Assembly: GCA_050575255.1 (NCBI GenBank)
Contig: JBNZDD010013723.1
Location: forward strand, 8,364,817 to 8,428,816
Source: Harriotta raleighana
Lineage: Eukaryota
Direction: 5' to 3'
DNA length: 64,000 nucleotides
A model generated the notes under the pieces. The model made no database searches and was not told the DNA's origin. It saw only the letters and a program-made list of their open reading frames with translations. Below, one piece after another: positions 1 through 13,461 of this stretch (its first letter is position 1; each line of letters opens with the position of its first letter). The position numbers and the translations under genes were made by a program.

Positions 1-76
1 ATAGAATTCCCTTGCTGAATAGGAATTCTGAGGAAATTCTTTTTTAAGAAATCCCATTATGTAATGCAGTATTTTA

Positions 77-1245
77 CAACAACAACAACAAAATTACATT
101 TGTAGATTGCCTTTCATGTCAGGATGATGTCTCAAGGCGCTAAACAGTCAGGGGCCTGGCAGGGTATTGGCAAGCACACAAGCTGCAGAGGTTTGGATGA
201 TCTGAGGCTTGTGGAGGGAAGCATTGGGGAGACAAAAAAGGAGTTGCCGTAATCGAGCCATGAGGTGACAAACGCGTGTGTAAAGGTTTCAGTAGCCTGA
301 GAATTGAGGCAGTGGTGGAGACAGGTGATGTTGCGGAGATGGTGGAAGGCAGTGCTGGTTATGGCATGGATATGGGGGAGAAAGGACAGTTCAAGGTCAA
401 GCAAGACACCCAGGATCCCGATTGGCTTGGTGAGGTTGTGTGTGTGTCCGTGGATGCTGATGTTGTCAGTACCTGAGGTGCGGGTGCGCTGGTACAAGAC
501 AATCAGGAGGGCCTCAGTCTTGCTGACATTCAACTGTAGAAAGTTGTCTCTCAGCCAGTATTTGATGTCTGACACACAGTCTGTGAGGACGTCACTAGTC
601 ATGGAATTGAGAGTGGAGGCAGAGAGATAGAGTTGAGTGACACCATTTTGAAATTGACCCCATGTCTGTGGATTATATCACCAAGGGGGAGCACGTAGAG
701 GTTGAAGAGGAGGAGATCGAGACAGAGCCCTGAGGAACATAGCATGAGACAGTGCGGGGGCTGGAAGAGAAACCATTGGCTGGACAAAGTGTAGACAGTG
801 TGAAAGGTAGGACATGAACAAGTCAAGGACAGAACCTTGAAGGTTGAGAGGAGAGACGGTGGTGGAGAATTGAGTGGTCCACATTGTCAAAGGTTGAGGA
901 GGATGAGGAGAAGAGGGAGCTCTGGTTACAGATGGTCTCAATTGTGAACTTGACCAGAGCAGTTTCTGTGCTGTGAGCAGCACCGAAACCCGATTGGAGG
1001 GGCTTCATGAAGGGAGTGGGAGGAGAGGAAAGAGTGATGCTGTGAAGCAATGATTCTTTCAAGGGCCTTGGAAAGAAAAGATCTGTTGAGATGGGCCGGT
1101 AACTGCAGAGCAGGAATGAGTCCAGGGAAGGATGGGGGTTATTGTGGCTGTTTTGAGGGGGGTGGGGGAGAGGCTGTGGAGCTGGGAGGTAAGTAGAGGG
1201 GTGGGGATGGGGTCAACGGAGCATGTGGTGGGCTTTATAGATGGT
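77..1245 (-). mobile_element. L2-clade LINE relic (RT and 3' tail)
   Basis: Minus-strand pieces LQSGFGAAHSTETALVK, TFDNVDHSIL, LLFNLYVLPLGDII, WLRDNFLQLNVSKTE, HAFVTSWLDYGNS in shifting frames; tail (CAA)n-aaattacatttg at 77-150. Confidence 0.9.
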
Positions 1246-1665
1246 ATGTGGGAACACTACTCTCCAAGTAGTTCACAGCAGAATGGAGTTCCCACCGACT
1301 AGCAGGATATGTGATGACTTACCATTAGTGGTATCTGTTTATGACTCCAGGTCTGAACCCTGTGTTAAGCCATATCTTTCTACTTAATATGAGATACTAC
1401 AGGGAATATTTTACATTCCATATAATAATTAATCATCATAATCTCTCTGCTGCTCATATTTTACTCCTATGAAGAAATTCCATTTTTAATGACAGGTGTG
1501 CAGTCACAGACTGGAGGGCAATATTTATTGACAATCCAAAGCTCTAGACAATGAATACTGTATATTAATTACTTGCATTCAGACATTCCCCTGAATAACA
1601 GCCCCACACCCTCATTAATGAAATCCAGCCTGCTATGTATTAAGATTTAAGGCTGAATACCATCA

Positions 1666-1995
1666 TAATAATAATAATAAGAATTCTTGCGTTTAATATA
1701 GATATCTCCAGCATTGCACAAACTTTAGTGTAAAGTGCAGTAATTGTGCATTCGAAGGCAAACACATCAACAGATTTGCACAATGAATGTCCCACCAACA
1801 CCAATAAAGTGAATGAGAAATATTATCTGGGATTTGTTGGCCAAGACACCTCTAGTGCCGTACAATCTTTAACATCCACCTGAGCAAAGAGGCGGTACTT
1901 TTGTTAAATATCTCTTCAAAAGGATGGCACTTCCAACAATGCCGCACTCCCCCAGCACTGTATTGGAGTGTTAGCCTTGTTTGTTAGTTCAAAGT
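1666..1995 (-). mobile_element. Old Deu-domain SINE (SacSINE1/AmnSINE1-like)
   Basis: atctttaacatccacctgag and gatggcacttccaacaatgccgcactcccccagcactg are the reverse complement of the Deu core; (TAA)n tail at the left end. Confidence 0.75.
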
Positions 1996-2194
1996 ATTGA
2001 TGTATGTACAGGATTATACGTCCTAGCAGCTTGGAATAGCCTCACGATGTGAAAGGCACCATAGAAATTTAATTTGCAGTTTTTGTTGTTGTACAAATGA
2101 CATTCAGCAATGTCACTTAGAACAGCTGTGAAGGAATGCAACTTGTAAGGGAAATGAGAATGTATTAGGTTGTAGATGATTAATTTTGAAGTTT

Positions 2195-2610
2195 TGTTGT
2201 TGAGGAAAGACTGGCGCTAAACCATATATTTTTATTTTCCAATTACCTCTCCACCCCTGCTGAAGCCATTTGACTTATTTTTTCCCTTGATCAGCTCCAC
2301 AGGGCAATCTCTGGTACCTGATCCAGCCTGGTGATCCTTGACTGGGAGGGTTGCTGAACAAATGGGCCATCACAATGGAGCCCTCCCTTTCCACTAAATA
2401 TACCCTTTGCAACAGAAGTGATCAGGAGTTGAATCTATGCTGATTTCTCCTGTCCTAACCCTTGGGTACTGAGGCGTAAGGTATCTTCCAACCACTACCC
2501 TGTATTAGATCAGTTAACATAGTACAGATTGGGAATCAAACCCTGCAAACCTTTGGTCTTTATGAGTTAGTGTTGCATTTCATGATGTCTTTTCCCTCTA
2601 GGCCATTTTA
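2195..2610 (-). mobile_element. Ancient tRNA-derived SINE, second family (also at 8930-9312)
   Basis: Reverse complement has a B-box-like gggtttgattccc followed by gttaactgatct...cctcag...aaatcagc, matching the plus-strand copy near 8.9 kb. Confidence 0.55.
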
Positions 2611-3893
2611 GAATCCCTGAAATTTGTTTAATCCATTACATTAGGAGTGCTGTTTTGAGTATAAATACTACCCAAGTGCAGCAATATGTTTTAACAGATA
2701 AACATTATCATATTATTAAATTCTATTTGTATTACTGTAAGTGGAAATATCTGTTCTATTTTTAATAAACTGTTCCTTTGTTATATTTGGTTTTTAGTGC
2801 TTAAAATATTTAATGATCAAATCCTCCAAATTGCTGCAGTAAACATAAAAACATAATTGAGTTTTTTCCTCCCGAGGTATGGTTGTGAAAGTGATTATCC
2901 TATTTATCTTAAATAAAAAAGCATGGATTGCGATGCACTAAAATCCCAAAGGAAGTCCTCTTACAGTGAATCCGCCTTTTGACCTTTTTCTGAGGGCAAA
3001 GGTTCACTTAAGCACAAAACCAGCATGTACCGACCAGGAATAATTCTTGCTTGTTATTTGAAAGACTAAAAACGCCTTAGGTGCATTCAACCAAACACCA
3101 AAAAGGCTGATGGCTTGAGTGCCTGGCTAACATGGATTGAAACCACCTATAGCTACAAACTGCGAATCATTTGAAAGTATCTGCACAGTCATGATTCCTC
3201 AATGATTTGCTAAAGCACACAGTTATCATTATACTGTACCAGTCCATGGATGTTAACATGGCTGAAACCATAATAGCAAACCATTACATATTTTTAAACT
3301 CATTTTTGAAAATTTATTGATCATGTAAAGTACTGTTTAGATAAGTAGCAACATGTCTTGATTTAAATTTGTCTATTGTCTCTTTGTCCTATATTGTCTC
3401 TTTATCCATTCAAAAAACAAAGTTGTTAATATTAAGTGGACAAAATGTCCTACAAATTTATATAAATCTCTCTATCTCCTACTTTGTTTTTTTTTCTGCA
3501 CATCAGTAACCTTGTCCACACTTCATCCAACCTTATCCACTCTTTTGCAGATGATTCCACTCTACATTCATCAACTTCCTTCAAATTGCATGGCCTCAGT
3601 GCACACATTCTTCACTCTTCTTCCACGGCATTAACTGAATGACTAAACCTTGATCTCTCTCATGCTCTTCGATGCGTCAATGACAATCTTGTTTCCTTCA
3701 ATCCCTCAAAGTCCTAGCTTCTTCCAATCCTTCACACGTCCAACCAACAGCTAGCAACTCCAACCTTTGAGGGTGCTATGGTTAATCCTTCTTCTTTTCA
3801 TATTTGTGCACTTGTTCTCTGTTGTGATTTCAAATAGAATTCTCACATCTACTCCATTGCTGAAGCCTCCATGGTTTCTACTTCTTTTGTGAT

Positions 3894-4021
3894 AAATAAT
3901 AATAATCCTTGCATTTGATATAGCGCTTTTCACATCTTCTAGATATCTCAAAGCGCTTCACAGAATACACTGTAAAGTGAATTGAATGTATATCTGTGGG
4001 TGAAACGTGAAAGCCAATTGC
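3894..4021 (-). mobile_element. 3' part of the abundant tRNA/CORE/Deu SINE
   Basis: aataatccttgcatttgatatagcgcttttcacatcttctaga is the reverse complement of the family tail. Confidence 0.9.
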
Positions 4022-4713
4022 TTTCTTTTCATTTTATTTTTATTTTCCTTCTCTTAGCAACTCTACAAAATCCAATTCACCCAACATAGGAATACTGTTC
4101 CCTTATGAGTACTTTTTGTTACCGAATTAGATTCAGGAATTAGGATTCATTAGGATTCAGGACAAATCAGATTATTTGTTGGAGGATACGCTTTCACCTC
4201 TGATCACTATTCTCTCTTGTTCCATGGCAACCAGGTCTCTCTTTATATTTTAACCATTTTTACAATTTGGTCGCTCCTTTCTAACTATCAAATCTATTGT
4301 CCCACATGCTCTTCCAATGTTATTATTCCAATTCCTTCCTCCATAAAATGCAGATCATCCAGAACTCTGCAGCCTATGTCCTCCCCCACACTAGGCTCTG
4401 CAACATATCACCCACATCCTCACGACTTCCTCTCATTTGTGAAGCAAGTGCTTTAACCACGCTACAGAACTCCACAATCTGGAAGGATAAGAAGAATAAG
4501 ATCAAATGGGTTGAAGAGCCTTTCTCATTCGAGCCTCTTTTGTGAGTTTGGGATAAAGCATCTTTGGGTACAGGGAAACTGATATTTTCATATCCATAAG
4601 GAAAGCACTTGCACTCAAATAATCGTGAAGGAAGCTAAGATCAAAGATTTTGTCACACTGTACTACAACATCATAAAATGAAATAACGTCTATTGATATT
4701 CTATTATTACCAG

Positions 4714-4851
4714 TTGTGCTGGTCAAAGCTTCTGCTTTCTCATCAGTAAGAAGAGTTGCAGAATCAGAGAGAAAGCAGAAGCATTCAGCTGCTGAAATGT
4801 GTCCAGACGGTAGAATCTCCAATCCTTTGCCTGTAGCACCAATGCAAACAG
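4714..4851 (+). other. Candidate internal coding exon, unidentified
   Basis: ttattaccag acceptor and ACAG|gtgag donor bound 138 nt, phase 1-1, open frame VLVKASAFSSVRRVAESERKQKHSAAEMCPDGRISNPLPVAPMQT. Product not recognised. Confidence 0.25.
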
Positions 4852-7629
4852 GTGAGAATGGTTGATAAGGACTTTTGATGTTGCCAGCTCCCATTTTGCA
4901 ACCCAACTTCACTTTTTGTCCAAAACCTCTTGAAAAAGAACTTCAAAGGTTTTCATGCTTCTTGGTTTAATCCATCGTGCTGAGACACTTCAGTTCAAAG
5001 AACTTTCCTTAAACCATCTTCTCAAACCACAAGCAAAACTTTTGTTCCTGTCGACAAAGTAGCAATTACAGCTCTGTTGCCTGACGATTGGACTGGGCCG
5101 ATCTGCTCCTACTATTAATTAATCTTACAAAAGGAACTCATTTCCTAGTATTCAGACTGACAAGAGGCAAGAGAACAGAAAGCTCTTTTAAAACAGCTTC
5201 AGCTTACCGAGGAAAGAGGTAACAGAAGAAAGAGAGCCAAAGCATTTGAGGAGGAGGGCACATTTGATACTGCCTGCTTGCCAGTGATTGAATGCTTTGT
5301 TAAGAATAGCTCTTCACTAATCTTTACCTGCTAAAGCTTAAGCATTAGTAAATGTTGCACAAGTGCTATGAAGGTGAGTCATTCACTAGCCACAATTCCA
5401 ACTCTCTGTGCATCTTCCCTTTACTTTAATCTTTCTTTAAACATAAAGTGTACGTTTTACTTAAACAGAGAAGCACTTGGAAATGAAGCGAGATGAAGAG
5501 TAGCAAAAAAAAGCAGAATAGTAAGAGAAGAGATTAAAGCATTTTATTCAGTATCTCTTTCATATTCAAATCATGCTAAGGGCTCTATGAAAGTTAGAAG
5601 CAAGGAGGGCTTCTAAAGTGTGTGTACATGAATTTCATGGGAATAGAACATAAGCAACAGACTGACTGATGAAAGGAAGATAAGATGTCCTATGTAGAGC
5701 ACCTCAAGAATGGTTCTGCAGCCATCAGCCATGCTTTGATGATCAAGCAGAAGTATTGTTAAAATAATAAAAATATAAACAGTCCAATTTTAATGATTTT
5801 CCTGAAGATTCAGACTTAAAAGGAAGTTTAAATTTACAGTCTGCCAGAGCTCTGCACGAAAAGATAAACACAAGGAAAGTTTTGAACTGCAAAAGAGAAA
5901 AGATACATTAAACAGTTGATGTATGTGCACATGTACCTCCTGTTGTTTGATGTCATTTTCAGTTATCAGTCTAATATTTGAGGATCATTGTGAAATGCAT
6001 ATCCCTCTCCCTGAGTTGTGTATACTATATAAGATTCATTCTTTGAAATTATTCTCTCAATCAATAAGTGCTTGTTTTCACCCATCTGCTAACTTCTACA
6101 ATGCAGTCAGGTCTCCCCAAAATATAGCCCTCAGGATCTAACTATCCTGAATTCCTCCAGCTTGTTATCATAACCTTTCCTTTTAAGTCTGAATCTTAAT
6201 TCTATGTCTATTGACTGTTCTATATTTCTATTGAATTCCTAAATCCAAGCTGAATGTTTCTTTGCACATTATTATTGGGCCTTGCCTTCTCCAAATGTAC
6301 AACATAGATGGAATTATATTTGAATCCAGATAATAGCCTAACAAATGCAATTTTTTGTTAACTTCTAGCTTTCCTCTTTATATGATAATATAGGCAGTCC
6401 TCGTATAGACTTGTTTGATCATATGCAACTCTTTGTCAGTCACCCCTTATTGCATTTAACACTTGAACTGTTGGTTTGTTTATCCAATATGTCCATTATG
6501 AAATATTGTGATTGACTTGGAAAGTATTCTTACTGTTCAGATTTATTTTCCATTCACAACATGTAGATTGTGAAAGCTTTGTTTCTCTGTTGCAGAATGC
6601 AGGCAGACAGATGTTAGTGCCAGCCAGGGTTCTCACTCATGAGCCCACGCTGAACTTCCATTTCCTGTCCAACTGGGATTTCTCCTTCTATGCAACAGGG
6701 TAGCAGAAAGCTTCAAACACAAGTCAAAGGTCAAAATTTGGTATTTATGTTCATTCTGCGTTGAGAGGAAAGCATAAGTGTCTCTTGGGGGAGCTAACGC
6801 AAACAACACGAATTGGAAGCTCTGACTAAGTATGATTTGAACCTCCTGGCTTTTGTGTGGTCTCTTACTGTCTGTACGATCATCTAGTTTCAGCATGCTC
6901 CTTATACCTTTTCATCATCTATTCATCCTGTCGTCTGAACAAACAGAGTTTAAATCCAATTTAACTTCATTTACAATACCACTGTCACATTTATTCAGAG
7001 CCCACGAAGATCGCACCAAGAATGTTCAAACTCAATACTACAGTTACTGTTTTTTAGTACTTGTCATTTTTTCTTAAAAGTTACTGCTACCTTGTTTACC
7101 TCCAAAGTCACTATACATTACAGTATCTCCTGTAAAGCGGTTTGAGATATCCTCCTGACATGAAAGGAGCTCTTAACATCTCCAGTCTAATGACCTTCTA
7201 ATTTCTGCTTTACTTTGTCAAAGAATAATTAGAAATAGTGGGCAGCTGTGGTGAAGGTCCATATCTTGTCATGTCCAGCTCATTACATTAATTGTATTCA
7301 TAAATTTTAGCAGGTAGCAATGAAAGGTGACTTTTACTTCTCAATGTTAGGGCTTACAGAGTGAAAAAGCATACAATGATTTTCACTATTCTGCAACTCA
7401 AGATCCAGGTGTGAGCTCATTCAAGCTCATAAGGTTATAAAAGATTGCTCTTCTGCCTTGATTGGGATTGGTGTCAGACATCTAAGTGATACAGTGGAGT
7501 CCTACATTTGTCTCTACCACATACAATACAGTCCTACAATCATTGTGTTGTAATGTCATATTCTATTGGTTTAATGCTCTACAGAATCATGCTATGCCAA
7601 GATAAATTGTTTCAATAGATTGTGTACAT

Positions 7630-7930
7630 TTTGTTACAACAGCACCAATTTACATTTATAGAGTGCCTTTCATGTTGGAAGGATGTCGGAAAGCGCTTAC
7701 TTTGCTGAATGGTGGGGATGGTGTGGTGGGGGGGGGTTGGCAATAGAGAGGGGTGGCAGAGGAAGATGGGAAGAGGAGGGGAAAGGTGTTCAAAAAGGAA
7801 GATTTTAACGAGAATCCTTATTTGTCTTAAGGCAGGTTTTAAAGATGGGGAGGGGCGTGGCGAAGCAAAAGTAGTCTGAGATTGAGCTCTGGAGCTGAGC
7901 AGAATGGCTGAAAACCTGCATACAGGTGGT
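7630..7930 (-). mobile_element. L2 3' end fragment
   Basis: acaacagcaccaatttacatttatagagtgcctttcatgttgg tail followed by purine-rich antisense 3' UTR. Confidence 0.7.
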
Positions 7931-8739
7931 AGAGCAGATTGAAGAAGGTCGATGTTATAGTTTATCTTTCTCACTAATATAATGTGACCAGTCATATGGT
8001 CACGCCAATATAACAACACAAAATAGAAACTTATTATTTTCATGCTGCAAGAATTAGAATCAATACGTTGCCAAAAAATGCATAGGAGATGAATGCTAAG
8101 GATCAGCAACGGAGCTGTCAGTTGCAGAGTACCCTTAGTCTGAAGACTGCTTAAGAATGTTTGGTGTTCAATCCAGATTTCTAACTAAACATACAGTGCA
8201 CAGAACTAGGATTGCTTAAAGGGATACCACCGTCACAGAAAAATGTATGGCAACTTTATTTTTATACAAGCACAACTCACTGGGGTAAATGGCCATAAAA
8301 CTTTTATTTTTTTATATCAATAACTTATATTTTATATTGAAAAAAGCCTTAAAAACATTTTACAAAATAAAATTGATAAGAAATGAACATTATTATATTG
8401 GCAAATACAACAGATGGTGGCCCGATACAGTTGTTGATATTCTGGTCTATTGACCAGAATATTGTGGTGTCAAAGCACAGTATGGGATTTAGAATTTACA
8501 GCTTGGGCTGGCACTTTAATACAGTGTGAGGGGTGTCCTGCATTGCTTACAAAATACACAATCACTCCACTTCACAGTGATTCCTGTGAAGCATTTTGAA
8601 ATGCTCTCAAAACACAAAAGGCATTATATCAAATGCGAGAATTATTTAGTATAATCTGCCCCCACATTGTTCCACAAAACAATGAGATGAGTTGTCAATG
8701 AAGGTGAATTGATATTGTAATGTGAATTTGCAGTTTAGT

Positions 8740-8910
8740 GTAGTAAAGTGTTTAATGCCTCATCTGAAGGACGGGTCCGCCAATCATGCAACATCCCCCC
8801 AACGCTGCATTGGTGTGTCACCTTAGATCATGTGAGTTCATGCCCTGATGTGATACTCCAAGCCACTACCTTCTGACTCAGAGACGAGAGTACTACTGAC
8901 TGAGCCTGAC
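8740..8910 (-). mobile_element. Old Deu-SINE 5' half
   Basis: ctcatctgaaggac...ccttctgactcagagacgagagtactactgactgagcc is the antisense tRNA head plus Deu core. Confidence 0.75.
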
Positions 8911-8929
8911 TCGGTTTGTTCATTTATCA

Positions 8930-9312
8930 ATTGTACAGGGAATAGACGTTGGATGTGAATCACAACCTGTGTTGGGTTAACTGATCTCAACGGAAGAAAC
9001 AGTTGGGATGTTACAATTTCCCTCAGAGCTCTGGGGTACGGAGGCGAAATATTAGCCAAGGCTCTCACTGCTGAATGCTATCCAGCTACTCTTGCTATGA
9101 AATGCACCTAGGCAGAGTTGGATGAGAAAAGAATTGAGCTCAGCTGTGATGAACCCCGCATGGTTGAATAACCTGCCAACACTAGTAGATGCCTTGGCTT
9201 ACATATGAATAATGGTCGCTTGGGAAAGATATCAGAGGACAACTGGCACCCCTATAACCATACCTCAGCAAGCTTTAGCAGTGGAGGAGATGCAAACTGG
9301 GAAGAAAATTAG
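8930..9312 (+). mobile_element. Ancient tRNA-derived SINE, second family
   Basis: gttaactgatctc...ttacaatttccctcag...attagccaagg...gctcagctgtgatg; relatives at 2195-2610 (-) and about 21080-21170 (+). Confidence 0.6.
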
Positions 9313-9959
9313 CAGATTGAAAGCTACCTTCTCACTACATTTTCAGACTATTAACACTCTGTTCAGCTCTAGTATCTCATTTCTTGAATCATCCAATAAA
9401 ATACCATTAAAGTTGAGCCTAAAAATGGTGCTTCATCCAGTATACTGCTCAAATCTGATCATTTCCTTTTTTGGGGAATAAATGTTAAGATTTTGATTTA
9501 ATAAATTAGAAACCCCCTCCAATAAAAAAACTTTCATAGTTATTTTTGAATTGCCCCATTGTCTAAAGCACCAAGCAAAGCATGCCACACCATTCGTTAC
9601 ATTAGTGATTGACTTGAGTCCAAAGCGGTCGTTCAGCCAACAATGCACAAGTAATACTTAGTTAATAGTTAATTGTTTCACTAGGAAATGTGATTAAAAC
9701 CAGGAGACTGAAGTAATTCAATGACGAGGTTGATACCGCAAATGAAAGCATGTAGAATTTCTCTTCTGTAAAATGATTTTGGATCACTGCATTATCTTTC
9801 CCTAACCTAAATGAATAAACAAAAACTTGTATTTGTTATCACACGTTTCATATCCAGAGGATGTCTCAAAGATTTCTAAAAAAAAAACATAACGCTAAGC
9901 TCGCCTGATAGCCTGGTGTGTGAAGGCACCAGCTAACACAGCACGAACCATAACAAAAA

Positions 9960-10325
9960 TAACCTTTGTATTCAATACTTTCTTTCATGTCGGGAGGCCA
10001 TCTCAATACACTTCACAGAAATTACAGTAAAGTGTAATGGCTGTGTATTTTGTAGGTGAATGTAATAGCCAATTTGTGCACAGCAATGTCTAACAAACAG
10101 CCATGAAGTGAATGATCAATTTTATTTAGGGGATTGTTGTCCCAAGACATCAGGAAAGACTGCCTTTTTTTTTTCCAATAATGACCTGGAAACACCCACC
10201 TGAACAGTCAAACATGACCTTGATTTAACATCTCAACTGAAGGATGATACTTCCGACAATGTGGTGCTCCCCCAGCAATGTACTGGATGAATTCTATGTA
10301 CTATGTGAATTCAAAGCCCCAAGTA
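9960..10325 (-). mobile_element. Old Deu-SINE
   Basis: gccaatttgtgcacagca and tttaacatctcaactgaaggatgatacttccgacaatgtggtgctcccccagca. Confidence 0.75.
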
Positions 10326-11019
10326 AAGATGACACATAAAGATAATAATCATGAAGATGTGTACAGGAATATATCCAGCATTGTACCACAACAACAATGT
10401 GAGCTGTCAGCTGAGCCTTGCTTAAAGTGTAAGCTTTTCACCTATAGAGATAATTATACTTTTACATTGCAATGCTGCAATTGGAGCTTGATTATGAATT
10501 TCCTGTTAGCATCAGCCAATGCTTTATGAAGACATTTCTTCCAGGTGCATGAACATGTGAATTGGAATCAGAATCCATTTTTGGCACGAGACTGTGGAAC
10601 AGGAGGGAGTAAATGGCCATACAAACCTGCTGGTAGTTAAACTGGACCATTCACCCCTTCACAATGAGCAATTGAAACCTCTCCAAAACAGCTTGGCATT
10701 TCTTTGCAAATTCAGATGAACTGGCCCATGGAGTCTGTACATTGGTTTCTTGTGATTTTGGTGGATCAGTATACAGAATATGTAAAGCACTTTAAGCCGT
10801 TTTGTTACCCGAAAGGCATTGTATAAGTGCAAGTTGTTGTCACAAACAAAATAATACTTTTTTATAATAATCATTACATTTGATATAGCAGGATATATAG
10901 ATAATCCCTGGCTAACAACAACAACAACAACATTTCATTTATACATTTATAGGCTAACTAACTAACTGAACTAATGGAGAATAGATCTGGTTTGGTGAGC
11001 TGGAAACTCCTGCTCCTGA

Positions 11020-11305
11020 TAAGTCTCCCTACTAACCTGCCCACCCACTCCATTCAGCGGGCTCCAGTCTGCTCCCTGTCTCCTGCCTGACCCGCCCTAC
11101 CATCGGTGGCCTTGCTTTCAGCCTCTCTGCCCGCACACTCTGGAACTCCATCCCAAGGTCCCTTCGCCTTGCTTCCTTGCTTGCCTCGTTCAAGGCTGGT
11201 CTCAAGACTCTCTTTTTCGATCATGCCTACTACCATCCTCCCATATCTGTCCCTCCCCTCCTGCCTACCCTGCCCCTTGCTTGGGACCCGGACCCCAACT
11301 GTTCA
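11020..11305 (+). mobile_element. L2 3' fragment
   Basis: accatcggtggc...ttcagc...ctctggaactcc...ctcaagactctctttttcga closely matches 28500-28880. Confidence 0.85.
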
Positions 11306-13228
11306 AGAAATAGTGGAGAGATATAGCAAATATAAATTACTGGAGAAACATCAATCAGAATTAGAGAATATAAGAGACCAATAACAAGAGAAGAACCAGA
11401 ATTGGGCAAATTAGATCAAGGGAATATGAAAGAAGAGGCATCTTGGATATAGAATCCAAGGGAAATGAACAAGAAGAGGGGTAGTCCAGTGAAGCAGTGG
11501 AACTCATAAAAAGAGTACACACACAAGAAAAAGAAATAAGATTGAGTCTATGGTGTAAAAATGTAAGGAAAGTCATTCAGTGTAAATTAGATAGTAGAAC
11601 CCAGGCCAGTGTAATGCCATTGGGAAGAATGTATAAAATTGGGAGAACCAAATAAAGAAAAAATGGAGAAAGGGGAAGGTAAACTAATTGCATATAACAA
11701 AGCAAAAATTTAAACAGTGGACAGAGTAGAGATAGAAGTGATATACAAAAGGAGACAATATAGAATAAAATTCTACATCAAAAAAATAAAAGCTGATACT
11801 GTACTTTGTTAGGATTGGAAGATATAATAAAAATGGGAATGGTAAAAACAATTGGAAATGTAAAAATAGAGGAAAGTGAACCAAGGGAGACAGAAGAAAT
11901 AGTAGGAAAATATAAACAGAGGTTCAAAAACAGGGCATTAATGAAATGAGGTTATACAATAAGATTAGAAGAGACATTGCCACCAGTAATTCAGTGATTA
12001 AGGAGAATACCAGAGGCAGTGAAAAAAAGACCAAATGGACCAAATAACAAAAAAAGATGAATAAATCCGCTGAGTGGGTAATTGCAGTGGTGATCACAAA
12101 TGAACCAGACAAATCATTGAGGATATGTTTAGATCCACAATAGTTAAACAGGGCTATAATAAGGGAACATTATGCAATTCCAACTTTAGAAGATGTGCAC
12201 ACTTTACCACATGGAGCTTGTTACTTCTCGATATTAGATTGTTCCTCAGAGTATTAACAAGGTATTGCTTCCAAAGAACATCCTTTGGCATCAACAACTT
12301 GCACTTATATAGCAAACTCCAAGCCTGAAATGATAGAAGCAAACAAACAAGTTAAAGTGAGTAAGGAAATTCAAACAATGTTGAACAAAGATTGGCCAGA
12401 AAATAAAAAAGGATGCACCAAAGGAGGTATGAACTTATTGGGAGTGTAAAAATGAAATATATCAGTAAAAAAGAAATAACATAAAGGGCATATAGGCCAA
12501 TAATTCCAAGAGAATTAAGAAAAATAGTTGAGAAACTTACATGAAGGGCATTAGGGAATAGAAAATTGAAGAGAAGAGCAAGAGCAGCAGTATTTTAGCC
12601 AGGCATAACCAAACAAATCGAGATCTGCAAAGGAAAGTGTGAGACATGCATGAGATATCAAAACAGAGAAAAGCATGAATGGGGCATCAGAGACCAAACA
12701 CAGCCTGGAGAAAAATAGGAACAGATTTTTTTTAAATAATGGGAAACATTATTTATTGATAGTACATGAATATGCAGAATTAAATGACACAAAAATAGAC
12801 GAGACAACAACAACAAAATTACATTTGTAGAGTACCTTTCATGTCGGGACGATGTCCCAAGGTGCTGAAGAGTCAGGGGTCAGGACCCCAAATCTAAAGA
12901 AACATTAGCCAGGCATGGAATACCAAGGAAATTAATAAGTGATAACGGGCTACAATTTACAAGAGCTGAATATTAAAAATCCACAAAACAGTGAGACTTT
13001 GACCACAAATGATCATCACCAGGAAATCAATGGGGAGCAATGGGATGGTGGAAAGAGCAGAACAGACAATGAAGAAAATAGGGAAGAAGGAAAGATAAAT
13101 ATTTGGCATTAATAGCCTATGGAAATACACCAACAGATGACCAGTGACAGTCACCGGCATAGATCTTGGTATCCAGAAGATTAAGAGATGAGTTAATATG
13201 GCAGGAATTAAAATTGAGACCACAAGTA
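11306..13228 (+). mobile_element. Gypsy (Mag-like) LTR retrotransposon relic, copy A: protease, RT N-terminus, integrase
   Basis: Decayed frames CKLDSRT (protease), EWVIAVVITNEPDKSLRICLDPQ*LNRAIIREHYAIPTLED (RT), HEGH*GIEKLKRRARAAVF*PG...CETC (integrase HHCC), ARHGIPRKLISDNGLQF and SNGMVERAEQTMK (integrase core). Runs into the N gap. Confidence 0.9.
12804..12890 (-). mobile_element. L2 3' tail inserted into the Gypsy integrase
   Basis: (CAA)n-aaattacatttgtagagtacctttcatgtcggg interrupts the integrase frame between two core motifs. Confidence 0.85.
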
Positions 13229-13341
13229 NNNNNNNNNNNNNNNNNNNNNNNNNNNNNNNNNNNNNNNNNNNNNNNNNNNNNNNNNNNNNNNNNNNNNNNN
13301 NNNNNNNNNNNNNNNNNNNNNNNNNNNNNNNNNNNNNNNNN
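13229..13341. other. Assembly gap (113 N)
   Basis: Run of n. Confidence 1.
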
Positions 13342-13461
13342 CATGGTTCTGGGAAAGGGACTGTGCATTGAAGAGAGTGGAAGTGGATGGTTGAAATGCA
13401 GGATCTAAATGCATTCTGGTTTGACAAATAATGCAGTCTCCTCGCAGATTTTTGGTGGGGT

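Noticed and set aside
4502-4912. 136-aa minus-strand ORF
   Set aside because: GTG start, no recognisable domain or splice context; the plus strand has better exon signals.
5030-5225. Retroviral env remnant (LPDDWTG and RGKR furin-like motifs)
   Set aside because: Motifs are short and separated by stops; no fusion peptide, CX6CC or transmembrane segment follows.
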